Assembly (NCBI RefSeq): GCF_009914755.1
Contig: NC_060927.1
Strand: one strand, 5' to 3'
Source: the human T2T-CHM13v2.0 reference genome, Homo sapiens
Length of the DNA stretch: 64,000 nucleotides
A model generated the notes under the pieces. The model worked only from the letters and a program-made list of their open reading frames with translations. It searched no databases and was not told the DNA's origin. Shown here piece by piece: positions 13,996 to 32,016 of the stretch. The position numbers and the translations under genes are program-made. How positions within the stretch are numbered: position 1 is the first letter of the stretch; the number at the start of each line of letters is the position of its first letter.

Positions 13996-16900
13996 GCAAG
14001 CTCTCGTTCTGTCACCTAGGCTGGCTTCAAACTGCAGGGCTCAAGCAATTCTCCTGTCTTGGCCTCCTGTCTTGGGATTATAGGCATTAGCCACTGTGCC
14101 TGACCAGAATTTCATTCCCTTTTTAAATTGATTTTATTTGTTTTATTATCATCATTTTTTGAGACATGGCCTCTCTGTCACCTAGGCTGGAGTGCAGTAG
14201 CATGATCATAGCTCACTGCAACCTCAAACTCCCAAGTAGCTGGGACTACAGGCACATGCCACTATGCCCAACTAATTTTTAATTTTTTTTTTTTTACAGA
14301 GATGAGCTCTATCCTATGTTGCTCGGGCTGGTCTCGAACTGCTAGCCTGAAGTGATTCTCCCACCTCAGCCTCCCAAAGTTCAACTTTTATTTTTTTAGA
14401 GCAGTTTTAGTTTCACAGCAAAATTGAGTGAAAGCTACAGAGATTTTCCTTATATCCCCTATCTCTACATACACACATACAGTGGCTAACAATGTTGAAC
14501 ATCTTTTCATGTGCTTGTTGGCCATTTGCACTTTATTCTTCTCATTCAAAATTGTTTTAGCTATTCAAGTTCCTTTGTCTTTCATATAAATTTTAGAATA
14601 ATATCATCTATAGCTATAAAAACAATCTTGCTGGTAATCCCAGCACTTTGGGAGGCCAAGGTGGGAGGATCAGTTGAGGCCAAGAATTCGAGATTAGCCT
14701 GGGCAACATAGCAAAACTCCGTGTCTCCAAAATAAAAAATTAGCTGGGTATGGTGGTGCGCATCTTGTAGTCCTAGCTACTCGGGAGCCTGAGGTAGGAG
14801 GATTGCATGAGCCCAGGAGTTTGAGGCTATAGTGAGCTACGATTATGCCACTGCACTCTAGCCTGGGCAACAGAGCAAGACACACAAGTCCTGTACATTG
14901 GTTTGTTAGATTTACACATAAGTATTTAATTTTTTTAGTGATTGTAAATGTAATTTTATTTTAAATTTTGGTTTCCAAGTGTTACTTGCTGGTACATGGA
15001 AAACACAACTGATTTTTGTATGTTGATCTTGTGTCTTGTAACTTTGCTGAACTCGCTTATTATTTCTAGGGTTATTTGTTTTTTTGCAAACTGCTTTGGA
15101 TTTTCTACATAAACCATAAATAATGTCAGGCCAGGCGCTGTGGCTCACACTTGTAATCCCAACACTTTGGGAGGCCAAGGCGGGTGGATCACTTGAGCTC
15201 ACAAGTCCAAGACCAGCATGGGCAACATAGTGAAATCCCATCTCCACAAAAAATACAAAAATTAGCTGGGTGTGGTGGTGCCCACCTGTAGTCCCAACTA
15301 CTTGGGAGGCTCAGGTGGGAGGATGGTGTGAGCCCAGGAGGTGGAGGTTGTAGTGAACTAAGATTGGATCACTGCACTCTTAACTTGGGTGACAGAGGGA
15401 GATCCTGTTTCAAAAAAAAAAAAAGAAAGAAAAAAACCCATAATGTCATCAGCAAATAGGGATAGTTTATTTCTTATTTTCTGATTTGTATTCCTTTTAT
15501 TTCATTTTGTTGCCTTACTGAGCTTGCTAGAACTTCCAAGAGTGTGCTAAATAGCAGTGGTAAGAGTCTTGCCTTGTTCAGCATCTTAGGGGTGAGCGTT
15601 CAGTGTTTTACTAAAATACTAGAAGTTTTTTGTAGATGTTCTTTGTCAAGTTGAGGAAGTTCCCCTCAATTCCTAGTGTTCTGAGAATTTTTATTATGGA
15701 TGAGTGCTGAATTTTGTCAAGTTTTTTTTTTTTTTTTTTTTTTTGCATGGAGAGGGTTGTGTCACTTCTTTTTTCTTGAGTCTATTAATATACTGGATTA
15801 CATAGATTTATTTTCAAATATTAAGTCTGCCTTAACCCGGATAAACCCTATTTGGTTATGGTATATAATTATTTTTATATATTGCTGAATTCTGTTTGCT
15901 GATATTTTGTTAAGGATTTTTGCATATATATTCATGAGGGATATTGGTCTGTACTTTTCTTGTTTTATACTGTCTGTCTAGTTTTGGTACTAGGGTAATA
16001 CTGCATAAAATGAACTTGGAGTTATCCCTTAATCTTCTGTTTTCTGGAAGAGATTGTTTAAAATTGGTATTAATTCTATTTTAAACATTTGGTAGAATTC
16101 TCTGGTGAAACCATCTGGACCTGGTAGATTTCTTTTTCAAGCATTTTAAAATTACAGATTTAGTTTTCTTGTTAATTATAAGGCTTTTCAATTATTCCCC
16201 CATCTTGGGTAAGTTGTCATTTTCAAGAAATTGGTCAATTTCATCAGTTGTCAAATTTATGTGTAGAGTTGTTCATAGTATTCTCCTGTTATCATTTTTA
16301 TGATTGCGGGGTCTGTAGTATTATCGACTGTTTCATTCCTGTATTGGTGATTTGTCTTTTCTGTCTTTGTCAATTTTATCAATATTTTCAAAGAAGCATC
16401 TTTTTGTTTCATTAGTTTACTGTTTTCCTGTTTTTAATTTCATTGATTTCTGCTCCTTTTAATTTCCTTCCTTCTGCTTGCTTTGAGTTTATTTTTTCTC
16501 TAGTTCCTTGGAGAGGTAGTTTGGGTTATTCACTTGAGACTTTTCTAATGTAAGCATTTAGTGTCATAATCTCACCACTGCTTTAGATATGTTGTATTTT
16601 CACTTTCATTCATTCAATGTATTTTTAAATTTCCGTTCCTTTTTTAGAGACTCCTCTTTGACCTACAGACTATTTCGAAGCATGTTGGACCTTTGATGGA
16701 TTCATGGGTTTATTTTCCTAATTTACAGATATTATTTTCTATGTATCAAATATTGCATAATGCAAATATCATTGTAAGAGAGGAAACATTTTTGACATGG
16801 TCAGATTCCTGCCCTTGGGGATTTTACATTGTGTTGTGTGTAGCTTTTAATTCATTCATTTTCACTGATGAATAATGTTCCATTATATGAATATCAGAAA

Positions 16901-17383
16901 TTAGGATTCTCCTCTCAGTGGTTATTTAGGTGGTTTTTTATTTTGTTTAGTTTTCTGCTTTTCTGAATAGTGATGTAAACATTTTATTACATATTTTCTG
17001 GAGCGTATGCATCTAAGGTATATAGCTAGGAGTTAAATTGCTAGGTCATTGAGTATGTGCGTGTTCAACTTTTCATGATCATGTTAGTATTGGCATTATT
17101 TTTCAAAGTGGAAATTGTGTAAATTTACATACATTCTAGCAGTGCTTAAGAGCTCTTCTGTCCATCCACATCATCATCAGCTTTGGGTATTATTGGACTT
17201 CCTAATTGGACTTCTCCTGGATGTGAAATTATATCTCATTGTGATGCTAGCATTCCCCTGATTATTACTGAGATTGATCATCTTTTCCTTTGTTTTAGAC
17301 CATTCTGTTTCATTATCTATGAAATACCTAGTTTTAGGTAAGTCTTAAGCTCACTTTTTTTTTCTCAAATTATGATTCGTTGA

Positions 17384-17678
<295 letters not shown>

Positions 17679-18605
17679 TGATCTCCTGACCTCAAGTGAT
17701 CTGCCCACCTCAGCCTCCCAAAGTGCTCGGATTACAGGCGTGAGCCACCACACCTGGCCTGGACAGAAGTTCTTAATTTTACTGTAGTCAGATATTGAAG
17801 TCTTCTCTCTTAAGGTTAATGCTTTTTGAATTATTGTTTAAGAAATCCTAATCTCAAGGTCAAAAAGACCTACAATATTTTCTTCCAAAATTTTGAAGTT
17901 TTGCCTTTAATGCTTAAGATTTTTCTTCTTTTTTTTTTTTTGTATTTTATAAAAAAAATAGAGACAAGGTCTTGCCATGTTGCCCATGCCAATCCCAAAC
18001 TCCTGGGCTCAGGCAGTCCTCCCACCTCGGCCTCCCAAAGTGTTGGGATTGTAGGCGTGAGCCACTGCACCTGGCCATTAAGGCTTTTTTCTATCTGGAA
18101 TTGATTTTGGAGTGTGATGTGAAGCAGAAATTCAATTTGATTTTTTTTCCATGTGGATAACTAGTTGTCCCAACACCATTTTTTAAGTGGACTCTCTTTT
18201 CCATATTATCTGCAATGCCATTTCTGTCATTTATCAAGTTTACATATATATGGGATGTATTTCTGACTGCTTATTCTGTTCATTTGGTCGGTTTGTTTCA
18301 GTACCACAATTTCCTAATTTCTATTGCTTTATAGGTGTTGACATCTGATAGGGCAGTTCTGCCTACCTTATTCTTTTAAATTTTTGGGGGGGATTAATTT
18401 ATCCCTACTGCTTCTCCATTTTATAGACTTATTCTTACCCACCAGCTTCATGGCCTTTATGATTCAAATATGTGCATCAATAAAAGTATGGATTACTACT
18501 TATCATGCACTTTCAGCATCCTTTGTGACTGTGTTAAAGCTTAGTCTTAACCCCACTGATCCCAAGGGCATTCTTTCCATGCAGTCTGGGCACTTAACTG
18601 TTCTT

Positions 18606-20396
<1,791 letters not shown>

Positions 20397-21797
20397 TTAA
20401 CTGTTCTTAATGCCTTATGTATATTCATTGTGAGCTCCTGAAGGTAGGAACAGTAGTATCAAAATGTTTTCCATCAAAGAGAAATCTACTCTGGGTATAT
20501 CTTTTACTTTCTTTGGGAACACCTGTCTCAGATTACTCCTAACTCAGATTTTGCCAGGCTGCTTTACTGTTTGAATGCTGAGCCCCACCTGCCTGTGGTA
20601 GGGAACAGAATTTGTGTTGAGCAGCCCTGTCTGAGGTAGCAGAGCTGGTGAGGGCCTTCTGATTCCATCCAGTCTCTATGCCACATTGCCTGTCTGGTGG
20701 ACCTACACTCTTTTCTACCTCCAGACATCTTCCTGCTTCTCTTCTCATTTCCTTTCTGTGTACCTCCCTTCTGTGTCTTCTTTGCTGATAGATCCTCTAC
20801 TAGGTGATCTTTAGATGTTGAAGTTCTTCAAGGCTGTCTTATAGCCTCTTTTCTTCACACTTCGAGTTCTCTCCCTGAATGATCTTTTTTCTGTCTTCAC
20901 TGATTATTTCCAAAAGTGTTATTTGAGCCCAGACTTATCTCTGTATACCAGACTCTGTCATCCACTTTCTACATAGTCTCTGTTTAGATGCCTCCCAGGC
21001 ACTCGGTGTCAGCTTGTCCAAAACTTTATTTGGTCATTTACTCCTGACTTTGTCCTTCTCTGTCGTTTCTGATCTAAGTATATGGCACCTCCACATGCCA
21101 GATCGCACCAGTAACCTGGAAGTCATCTTGACACCTCTTTTCCCTCACTCCCACATCTACTCAGTCACCAGGTCACAGCAGTTCTAAGGTCAGCATCTTT
21201 CCTGAGTCTGACTTCTTTTCTCCTTTCCCACTGCCACCATCCAGGCCGAGCTCAGCTCTTCTCTCTCTGGACCAGGCAGTGGTCTCATGGCTGGACTCCT
21301 AGCTGCCACTCCTGTCCCTCCAGTTCATACTCTATCTCCACAGAGTGGCCTGGTCAGCTTCGAATTTCTTCCTTAGTCCTGTTCCCTGGTTTCCTGATAC
21401 TTTTTTTTTTTTTTGATCTGGAGTCTCGCTCTGTCGCCCAGGCTGGAATGCAGTGGCGCGATCTTGGCTCACTGCAAGCTCTGCCTCCTGGGTTCATGCC
21501 ATTCTCCTGCCTCAGCCTCCTGAGTAGCTGGGACTACAGGCGCCCACCGCTTCGCCCGGCTAATTTTTTGTATTTTTAGTAGAGACGGGGTTTTACCATG
21601 TTAGCCAGGATGACCTCGATCTTCTGGCCTCTTGATACTTTTAAAGTAACATGTAGAATTCTTGAGTGTCCCATCTATTTAGTCAGCCTCACATCACATC
21701 ACTTTGCTTTTCATAGCTGTTCTTGAATCATGGAAGCCACTGATCTCAAACATTTACCAAAGGAATAGTATGTTCATGATTTTAAAAACCAAGTATA

Positions 21798-22134
<337 letters not shown>

Positions 22135-23273
22135 TTATCTGTTGACTGGTAGACCTAATCTTCTTCCCCCTTGTGTAACTCCATCACTTCTTTTAATTTA
22201 CCAAACAAAGCTGTTGACAGGTGTTAAAGTTTCAGGGCCATAATAATAAAAAATAATATAGAGGCAAGCAGGAGTACTGCATTTTCAGTCTTCAGAGTGT
22301 ATTATGCAGAGCCCTGCTCAGGAAGAATTCTGTATCCACTCTTTGTAGAAGCCAAGGGGCATGAATGCTGAGTCTTTGCTAGTTTTAGTGGAAGTGGTTT
22401 AGTCTTTCTCATTTGAATTGATCTTTTTTTCTTAGAAGCAAATTCGGAGGTGTTGTACATATCTAGGAAGTCCCATGATTGCCCCAAATTTGCTTCGTAG
22501 ATGCTATTCATTGCAAATAATTCCACAGTGGTAGTATGGGCAGGGGCACTGTTTGTTGAATACACAAGGAGATCTCATGTCCTGATCTAGCCTCAGCAGC
22601 TTCCATGTGTATTCATGGGTATAGCTATTTTAGTGTAGAGTGTTTTGTGTATACCATAGATTCATTTCTTTTTTTCTGTCCTATCTTGGACTTTGAACCT
22701 AACTCTAATACTTTAAATCTACTGTCTGATTCCATTTCATTGATAATATTTTATAAGAAGTATATTTTTAGAGGTGGGTATGTAGCAAAATGTGACTAAA
22801 GGTAGAGATGTATGCTAAATAGCCTTAAGTTTTCTAACCAACCAGTTATGTGTTTCTTACAGATGAATTTTTTTGAAAAAATTGTGTGGCACCAGTTCAC
22901 ATGTCTTTGCCACCTTAGGAGTGGGGAAGAGGGGAGATTTGAGGTAATTGCAGATCAGTGGAGAAAGTGGCCTTTGCATGGGCCTGTGTAATTCTAGATA
23001 TTAATTATAGGGAACCCACTTACCCTCTTATATAAGCTATAGTTTATGTTACATTTATTGGTAAGAAAATAATATTTTTATCTCCCATTCGCTTTGTGCT
23101 CCCTCCGCCCCCTGAGAGGCTAGGTTTCATTATGTTGTCCACGCTGGCCTCAAACTCCTAGTAGCTGAGATCCAAGGCATGTGCCACCATGCTTAGTTTA
23201 GTCCTTTTTTTAAATGGATGTTTTATTTTGAGATAATTGTAGAATCACATGCAGTGGTAAGATAATTCAGTGA

Positions 23274-23910
<637 letters not shown>

Positions 23911-24856
23911 CTTTTTCCTTTTGCCCAGTTTCTCCCAGTGGTAATATCTTGCAAAACTATTAAGCCAGAGGAACTGAAAGTACAATATTGCAACTAGAAT
24001 ATTCAGTTGCAATCTTATTCAGATTTCTTCAGTTTTACTTTTATTCATTCTGTGTATATGTATATTTAATTCTATGTAGTTTTATCATGTGTAGGTTTTT
24101 TATTTATAATTTTTTTCTCAATTGACTGAGAACTCAAGCTGAGAGAAGGTATGCTATTTATTAGGTCCCTCTCCAATTCCACCAGTAACAACCTAAGCAT
24201 AATTCCTTCTCTTCACATAATAGCTACCTGACATTGGGTGAGCTACTTAACTTCCAAATCTTGGTTTTCTCATCTATAGAACATGATTCACAGTAGCTGC
24301 CTACTGCAGAGGGTTGCTGTGAGGACTGAAATGAGAAAATGTGCAGAATGGGTACCTGGCATAGTCAGTGGCATACAAAAGGAGCTCAATAAATGATCAT
24401 CTCTTTTTTTAAAAAATGACATTTTATTTTATTTTATTTTTCGAGACATTCTCTTGCTCTGTTGCCCAGGCTGGAGTGCAGTGACAATTATAGCTCACTG
24501 CAACCTTGAACTCCTGGACTCAAACCATCTTCCCAAGCATGCACCACCATGCCTGGCTAGTTTTTTGTAGAGATGAGGTCTTGCTGTGTTGCCCAGGCTG
24601 GTCTTAAAAATCCCTGCCTCAAGAAACCTTCCCACCTTAGCATCCCAAAGAGCTAGGATTAAAGGCATAAACCACTGTGCCCAGCAAAAAATGAGACATG
24701 TAAAAACTGAGATTACAAATGAGAGTGTTTGGGTTTTTAAAAGCTTTTCACAAAAATGTAGTATCACAGGATTGTAGAATTGGAAGGCCTCTAAGTAGTC
24801 ACTTAATAGTTTTGAAACCAGTCCAGGACCCCGCTAAGTGTTCTTAGCTCTTATTC

Positions 24857-25020
24857 TTACGCTTATTTGTTTTTTGTCTTTTTTTTTTTTCTTCCTTTTT
24901 GTGAAGAACGGAGTCTCGCTATATTGCCCATGCAGGTCTCGAACTCCTGGGCTCAAGCTATCCTCCCACCTCTGCCTCCCTGAGAGCTCGGATTACAGGC
25001 ATGAGCCACCGCGCCCTGCA
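24857..25020 (-). pseudogene. BC200 (BCYRN1) RNA retropseudogene, 3'-truncated and tailless
   Basis: Minus strand carries BC200-diagnostic CTCTCAGGGAGG, GGATAGC, GAGACCTGC, AATATAGCGAGAC, the A-rich domain and AATAAGCGTAA; TSD CTTAGCTCTTATTCTT at 24843-24858 and 25021-25036. Confidence 0.88.
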
Positions 25021-26039
25021 CTTAGCTCTTATTCTTTATGATAAAAGAAAATCTGCCTTCCTGTAATTTTCTAGATCTGCCCTAATCCATGTGATAGCCC
25101 TTCTAGGATTTGACAACAACTATCAGGTTCCTCCTAAATTACCTTTTCCAGACTATCCTTTAGCTATTCCTTATAAGATGTAGCTTTCAGACTCTTGCCC
25201 ATCTTGGTCTTCCTCATCTAGACAAGGTCCAATTTGTTGTTCCCCTTAGCTGAATACAGAACTCAAATGTAATCAGGCTAACATATCCCAAGATAGGCCT
25301 ATCTTCTCTGTAGCTGGTTTTTTTTTGAAACCAGGTCACTCTGTTGGTGCACATACAGCTTGTTCTTTTGTCTTCTGTTTATTTTCTAGATGAAAAATAA
25401 ATGCACAGCAGTTAAACACAGCCAGTTGAACACATACTTAACTTTCATTCCCCTCCATAACCCCATTAAAATAGTAGTAAGAGGGGAAAGACATATCAGC
25501 AAATGAGAAATCAATGGAATATTAAAGCCAGAGAGCATGTGTGGAAGACTTAGTGGGCCAGAGGAACTGAAAGTGCCTCCCGGGGGAGAAACTGAGAAGG
25601 AAGAGGATTTCTAGTGTAGAACCCTGGAATTGTTCCAGAATTGGAGACACCAAATACTGAAAACAGGAAGATTACTTGGAAGTCTGTATGAAAGGCAATT
25701 AGATGCCTGCACCCCCTCCCCCACTCTCTCAGGAGATAGGAAGTTTAGTCTTAGATACTGAACCAGAGGCTCCGAATCAGGCACACCAAGCATAGGAGAA
25801 AGGGTGCAATATGGAACAAAACTGAAAAGAAGGGCTTTAAGATAAGAGTTATCAGTAGTGCATGGTAGAACCATCCACCTCTTAGACCCAGTTTCCAGAA
25901 TATCTGTAGGCCGACAGATATTTCCCTGCAAGAGACTGGAAGATCGTGCTCTGATAAAATTAACTCCAGAGAAAAAGTCCTGAAGATACTGAATACTTCT
26001 AGGGGTCCTCAATCAAATGGCCGATTCTTGCCTGATCAC

Positions 26040-27540
26040 CCTAATGTGAAGCCCACAAATCAACAAGCCTACCCCCTAGCCAAGTGTCACCAGACATTTA
26101 AAGAAAACCTCTAACATAGAAGACAGAGATCAAAACAATTGGAAGAGAAAATATCTCAGGAAACAGTAAAAGCAGAGAGATAAAGAAGAAAAAAAGTTGT
26201 AACTATATACTGTCTCAGGAGAGATTTGAGAAAATATTGCATTCATGAAAGATGAACAGGATTCTTTTAAAAAGGAAGCTTTTGAAAACAAGAACTCTAG
26301 GAAATTAAAAATATGATAGCCAGTATAAAAACCTACAACACAGAAAGATTGTAAGATAGGGTTGAAGAAGTTTCCTCACTGATAGACCAAATGAAAGAGA
26401 TGGAAAGTGAGGAAGAACAATAAGAAAATTAGAGGATTATTCCAAGAAATCTAACACCTGACTAATAGAAATTTCTGAAGAGAAAAAATTACAATAGGAG
26501 GGAGGAAATTATCAAGGATTAAATGGTGTAAAGAGATTTTTCCAGAACTGAAATAATGTCTGTAGATTGATACAGCACAATAAAAGAAAACCAATACCAA
26601 GATACAATACTGTGAAATTTTAGAACTACAAGAATACAGAGAAAATCCTAAAGGCTTCTAGAGAGCACAGTTACATACTTAGAGTTAGGATTCAAAATAG
26701 CATTGGATTTCTCAATAACAACAAACTAGGCCAGGTGTGGTGACTCACGCCTGTAATCCCAGCTCTTTGAGAGGCTGAGGTGGGAGGATTGCTTGAAGCC
26801 AGGAGTTTGAGAACAGCCTGAGCAACAAAGCAGGACCTGTCTGTACAAATATATATATATGTATATATATACATATATACGTATATATGTATATGTGTGT
26901 ATATATATACATATATACGTATATATGTATATGTGTGTATATATACGTATATATGTATATGTGTGTGTATATATACATATATACGTATATATGTATATGT
27001 GTGTGTATATATACATATATACGTATATATGTATATGTGTGTATATATACATATATACGTATATATGTATATGTGTGTATATATACATATATACGTGTAT
27101 ATGTATATGTGTGTATATATACATATATACGTATATATGTATATGTATATATGTGTATATATACACATATATACGTATATATGTATATGTGTGTGTATAT
27201 ATACATATATACATATATATGTGTGTATATATATACATATATATATTTTTAAACATAGCCAGGTGCACACTAGCATGCCTATAGTCTCAACTACTCAGGA
27301 GACTGAGGCAGGAGGATTGCTTGAGCTCAGGAATTCAAGTCCAGCCTGGGGGACAGAGTAAGACCCCATCTCTAAAAACAAAAGAACTAGAAGACAATGG
27401 AGCAATACTTTCAAAATTTTGACAGGAAAAAAGTCTAAACTTTGAATTTTTTAACCAACTAAATTATTATCTAAGCTTGAGGGTAGTAAAGACATTTTCA
27501 GACATTGTACATAGACCCCTTCTTATGAGGCTCTACTAGA
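26040..27540 (+). mobile_element. Old L1 ORF1-region remnant (A-rich, sense)
   Basis: A-rich degenerate ORF1-like sequence, e.g. ggatttctcaataacaac...tagaagacaatggagcaatactttcaaaattttg. Confidence 0.55.
26849..27246. repeat. TA-rich minisatellite (about 9 copies of a ~36-nt unit) inside the linker of an Alu spanning ~26729-27380
   Basis: Unit ATATATACATATATACGTATATATGTATATGTGTGT repeated; Alu left arm before and right arm after. Confidence 0.92.
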
Positions 27541-28271
27541 AGACACATTTTTATTTGTTTGAGATGGAATCTCGTTCTTCTTGCCCAGGCTGAGTGCAGT
27601 GGTACGGTGTCTGCTCACCGCAACCTCCGCCTCCCAGGTTCAAGTGATTCTTCTGCCTCAGCACCTCGGGTAGCTGGAATTACAGGTGTCTGCCACCACG
27701 CTGGGCTAATTTTTTGCATTTTTAGTAGAGACGGGGTTTCACCATGTTGGCCAGGCTGGTCTCGAACCCCTGACCTCAGGTGATCCACCCGCCTCAGGCT
27801 CCCAAAGTGCTGAGATTACAGGTGTGAGCCACCATGCCCAGCCTAAAAGACACTTTCTACCAGAACAAGTGAATAAATAAGAAAGAGGACTACGTGGGGT
27901 TCAGGAAACGGGGGTGTTAGTATAGGTGAGGGAAACAGAATTCCCAGGAAGAGTTCCAGTAGATAATGTCTCAAGAAACAGACAACTTAAAACAAACAAC
28001 TGATAGAGTACCTGACTGAATATATTAACCAGAGTTTTATGCTCTAGGGAAAAGAAAAATTATACAAAAAGGAAATATATACTGACAGTATACAGCATGG
28101 CTTGGCTACAAATAATATTTACATAGACTTAATGCAACTCTTCATATTAATTTAACCAAAATTTGACCTAATTATATTGGAAAGATAGGGAGAGTGTAGG
28201 GTATAGTACATGAAGAAAGGTATCAGGACAAATTCTTAATCTTCCATAATAGGAATTAGATTAGTAATATA

Positions 28272-29015
<744 letters not shown>

Positions 29016-30082
29016 GGGAATAACTCAAAGTGAAAAGTCAACAAGTAATATGTAAGCACATATTATTTAGAAAGATGGAGAAAAGTCCTAGAAGCAAGAG
29101 GTTGCCCCTGGGAGTAGGAATCGCGGGCAAGGAATCAAGAAAACAGAGACTGCTAGTTGTTGTTTTTTCTTTTGTAATAAACCTCATAGAACAACTCTAA
29201 GAAATTTGAGCAGAGGCTGGGTGCGGTGGCTCACGCCTGTTTAATCCAATGATTCGATCTTCCAACCTCAATCCTTGGATAAATATGACACAAAGAGATG
29301 ACCATCAGATAGTGAGATTCCCTGGCTTTTCACTAATGTGGAACCTGATAAAAAGGAAAAAAGGACTGTTTTGCTCTTCCTGGAGAATAGAAAGTTCTTA
29401 AGTGGAAATGTTTATATAGCTTGGAGCTATAAATGGCTTATTGAAGGGAAGAGCCTTTTGGCAGATAGTTGGAAAACACTTTATAGAATTCCTCAGGCTA
29501 AGGGTGTGTCAGTGAGGATTTGACACTCATTGGAGGAAGAGTTGGCCTCTGTCCCTGCTAGCCATACAGAGCAGCAGCCAGTCCACAACACCAGTGTATC
29601 TCCTCATGCCCCTGCCTCCGGCCCAGTCACTACATATTTACTCTTCTTGAGGAGCATACTGTTAGGAGCACCAGCATTCTTGGACCATTTGTCTAGTCCA
29701 TCTGCCTGAGGTTGGGATAAAGTGTTACAGGAATCAGGTATTTGAGTTGGTGGAGTAGCTGAAAGGGGTGCATTGGAGACTACCATATAAGTAAAAACGA
29801 TTACATGAAACCATTCAGGCTTAAATTTTTTAGCTGTTTTAACGCTTCATTAAAATGTATTGTTTACATTCTTCTACTGTAACTGAGTATATTGCATTTA
29901 AAATACTTCAGGGTCATCATGCTAAGCCTTGGCCTCCATGCCCTGGGATGCCTTCACCGCCTTTGCAGTGGGCAGTGGGGTATGCTGTGGAGCCGGGCGG
30001 AGGGGCAGGGTGGGTTTTTTTGTTTGTTTGTTTTTGTTTTGCATTCCTCAATATCTGTCTTTGTATTTTACTTTGCCCACAG

Positions 30083-30213
30083 ATTGGGGACCACAAATTC
30101 AGTGCCCACCGGATTGTCTTAGCAGCCTCGATCCCGTATTTCCATGCTATGTTTACAAATGACATGATGGAGTGCAAGCAGGATGAGATTGTAATGCAAG
30201 GAATGGACCCAAG
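30083..30213 (+). CDS. KLHL18: KLHL18 coding exon 2 (BTB domain: [43 protein letters not shown])
   Basis: Polypyrimidine tract + cccacag| acceptor; AAG|gtactg donor; 131 nt, phase 0 to 2; BTB motif [17 protein letters not shown]. Confidence 0.96.
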
Positions 30214-30607
30214 GTACTGAATCCCACCATTAGGTTTCGCAGGCTGCTTTCCAAGTGCAGTTTCAGCCTGTGCACGGTTCCGTTGAGGACCTGCAGCAGG
30301 ACACAGTGTCTAATAGCCTAGCTCTACACAAATAATAAGTGATTAATAAGCAGATTAGAACCTGGGCCAGTGGTCTGAGATAGGGTTAAAATGAAGGGAG
30401 TTTTGATGGGGCTGTTTTTACCTTACTATAAGAGAAATACATTTAATAGGACCTAGACTCCATGATTTTTTTTTTTTTTTTTGACTGGGGCTGGGTTTAA
30501 GAGTGGTGGTATATTATTCTCTGCACTTTTCTGGGCTAGTCATTTTAGCTGACAAAACAGTTCTTCAAATAAGTGTCTTCATTTACATCCCTTCTTATCA
30601 GTCTAGA

Positions 30608-30826
30608 ACAGTGTTGTCCACTGGAGGTTTCTGCAGTGATGCAAATGTTCTTTCTATTTGTATTGCCCAAAATGGTAGCCACTAGACACAGATGGCTATT
30701 GAGCACTTGAAATACGACTAGTGGGACTGAAGAACTGAATTTTAAATTTTGTTTAATTTTAATCAATTTAATTTTAAAGTTAAATAGTCACATGTGGCTA
30801 ATGGCTACTATATTAGACAACACAGG
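30608..30826. mobile_element. MER3 hAT DNA transposon
   Basis: cagtgttgtcca...ggtagccactagacacagatggctattgagcacttgaaat...cacatgtggctaatggctactatattagacaacac. Confidence 0.8.
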
Positions 30827-31557
30827 TCTAGAAGGTGGCAGATCTTATGGTTATTTCATGGTTCAGAAAATTGAAGCTCAAGGAGATCAAGCCCAAGGTT
30901 ATCCCCTTAGCTGGTAGTCAGTTATTGCCCAACCTCTTAATCTGACAGTGGTGACAACTAGGGGGAAAAGAGCTAGGAGACTGTGTGTTACCCTCTAGAT
31001 GATCAAAGTGCCCCAATACCGGAAGAGGATTTATATACCTATGGCAAGGTAGAAATCTCAGGTCAGGCCAGGCAAGGTGGCTCACACCTGAAATCCAAAC
31101 AATTTGGGAGGTCAAGGCGGGAGGATTGCTTGAGGCTAGGAGTTCAAGACCAGCCTGGACAACATAAACCACATCTTTATAAAAAAAAATTGTTTTTAAT
31201 TAGCTGGGCATGGTGGTGCACACCTGTAGTCTCAGCTACTTAGAAAGCTGAGGTAGGAGGTGAGCCGAGGAAGTCAAGGCTGCCGCGAGCTGTGATCACA
31301 CCACTACACTCCAGCCTGGGCAACAGAGTGAGACCTTGACTCTTGAAAAAGAAAGAAAGAAATCTTAGGCCAGTTACTTATGAGGAAAGACGTAGAAGTA
31401 AGGTGTCCAAGGGCAGTTGTGCCCTCCTATTCTCTGAGGTGTGTGTCTGAAGGAGGCATGCTCGTCCCATGAATAGTCCAGGGGCTTCATTTAACAGAGA
31501 TTGCCTGAACATCCATGATGAGCACAGCTCTATCAAATATCTGAGGTATAGCAGTGA

Positions 31558-31728
<171 letters not shown>

Positions 31729-31760
31729 TAGCTAGGATTACAGGCACCTGCCGTTTTTTT

Positions 31761-31792
<32 letters not shown>

Positions 31793-31836
31793 TTGAGATG
31801 GAATCTCACTCTGTCGCCCAGGCTAGAATGCAATGA

Positions 31837-32016
<180 letters not shown>

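Noticed and set aside
26692-27361. Six long overlapping ORFs rich in Y/I/C/V/H/T
   Set aside because: Translations of the TA-rich minisatellite, which lacks stop codons
29855-30082. In-frame ATG-led extension upstream of exon 2
   Set aside because: It runs through the polypyrimidine tract of a strong acceptor and has low-complexity translation; the BTB N-terminal part must come from exon 1 outside the window
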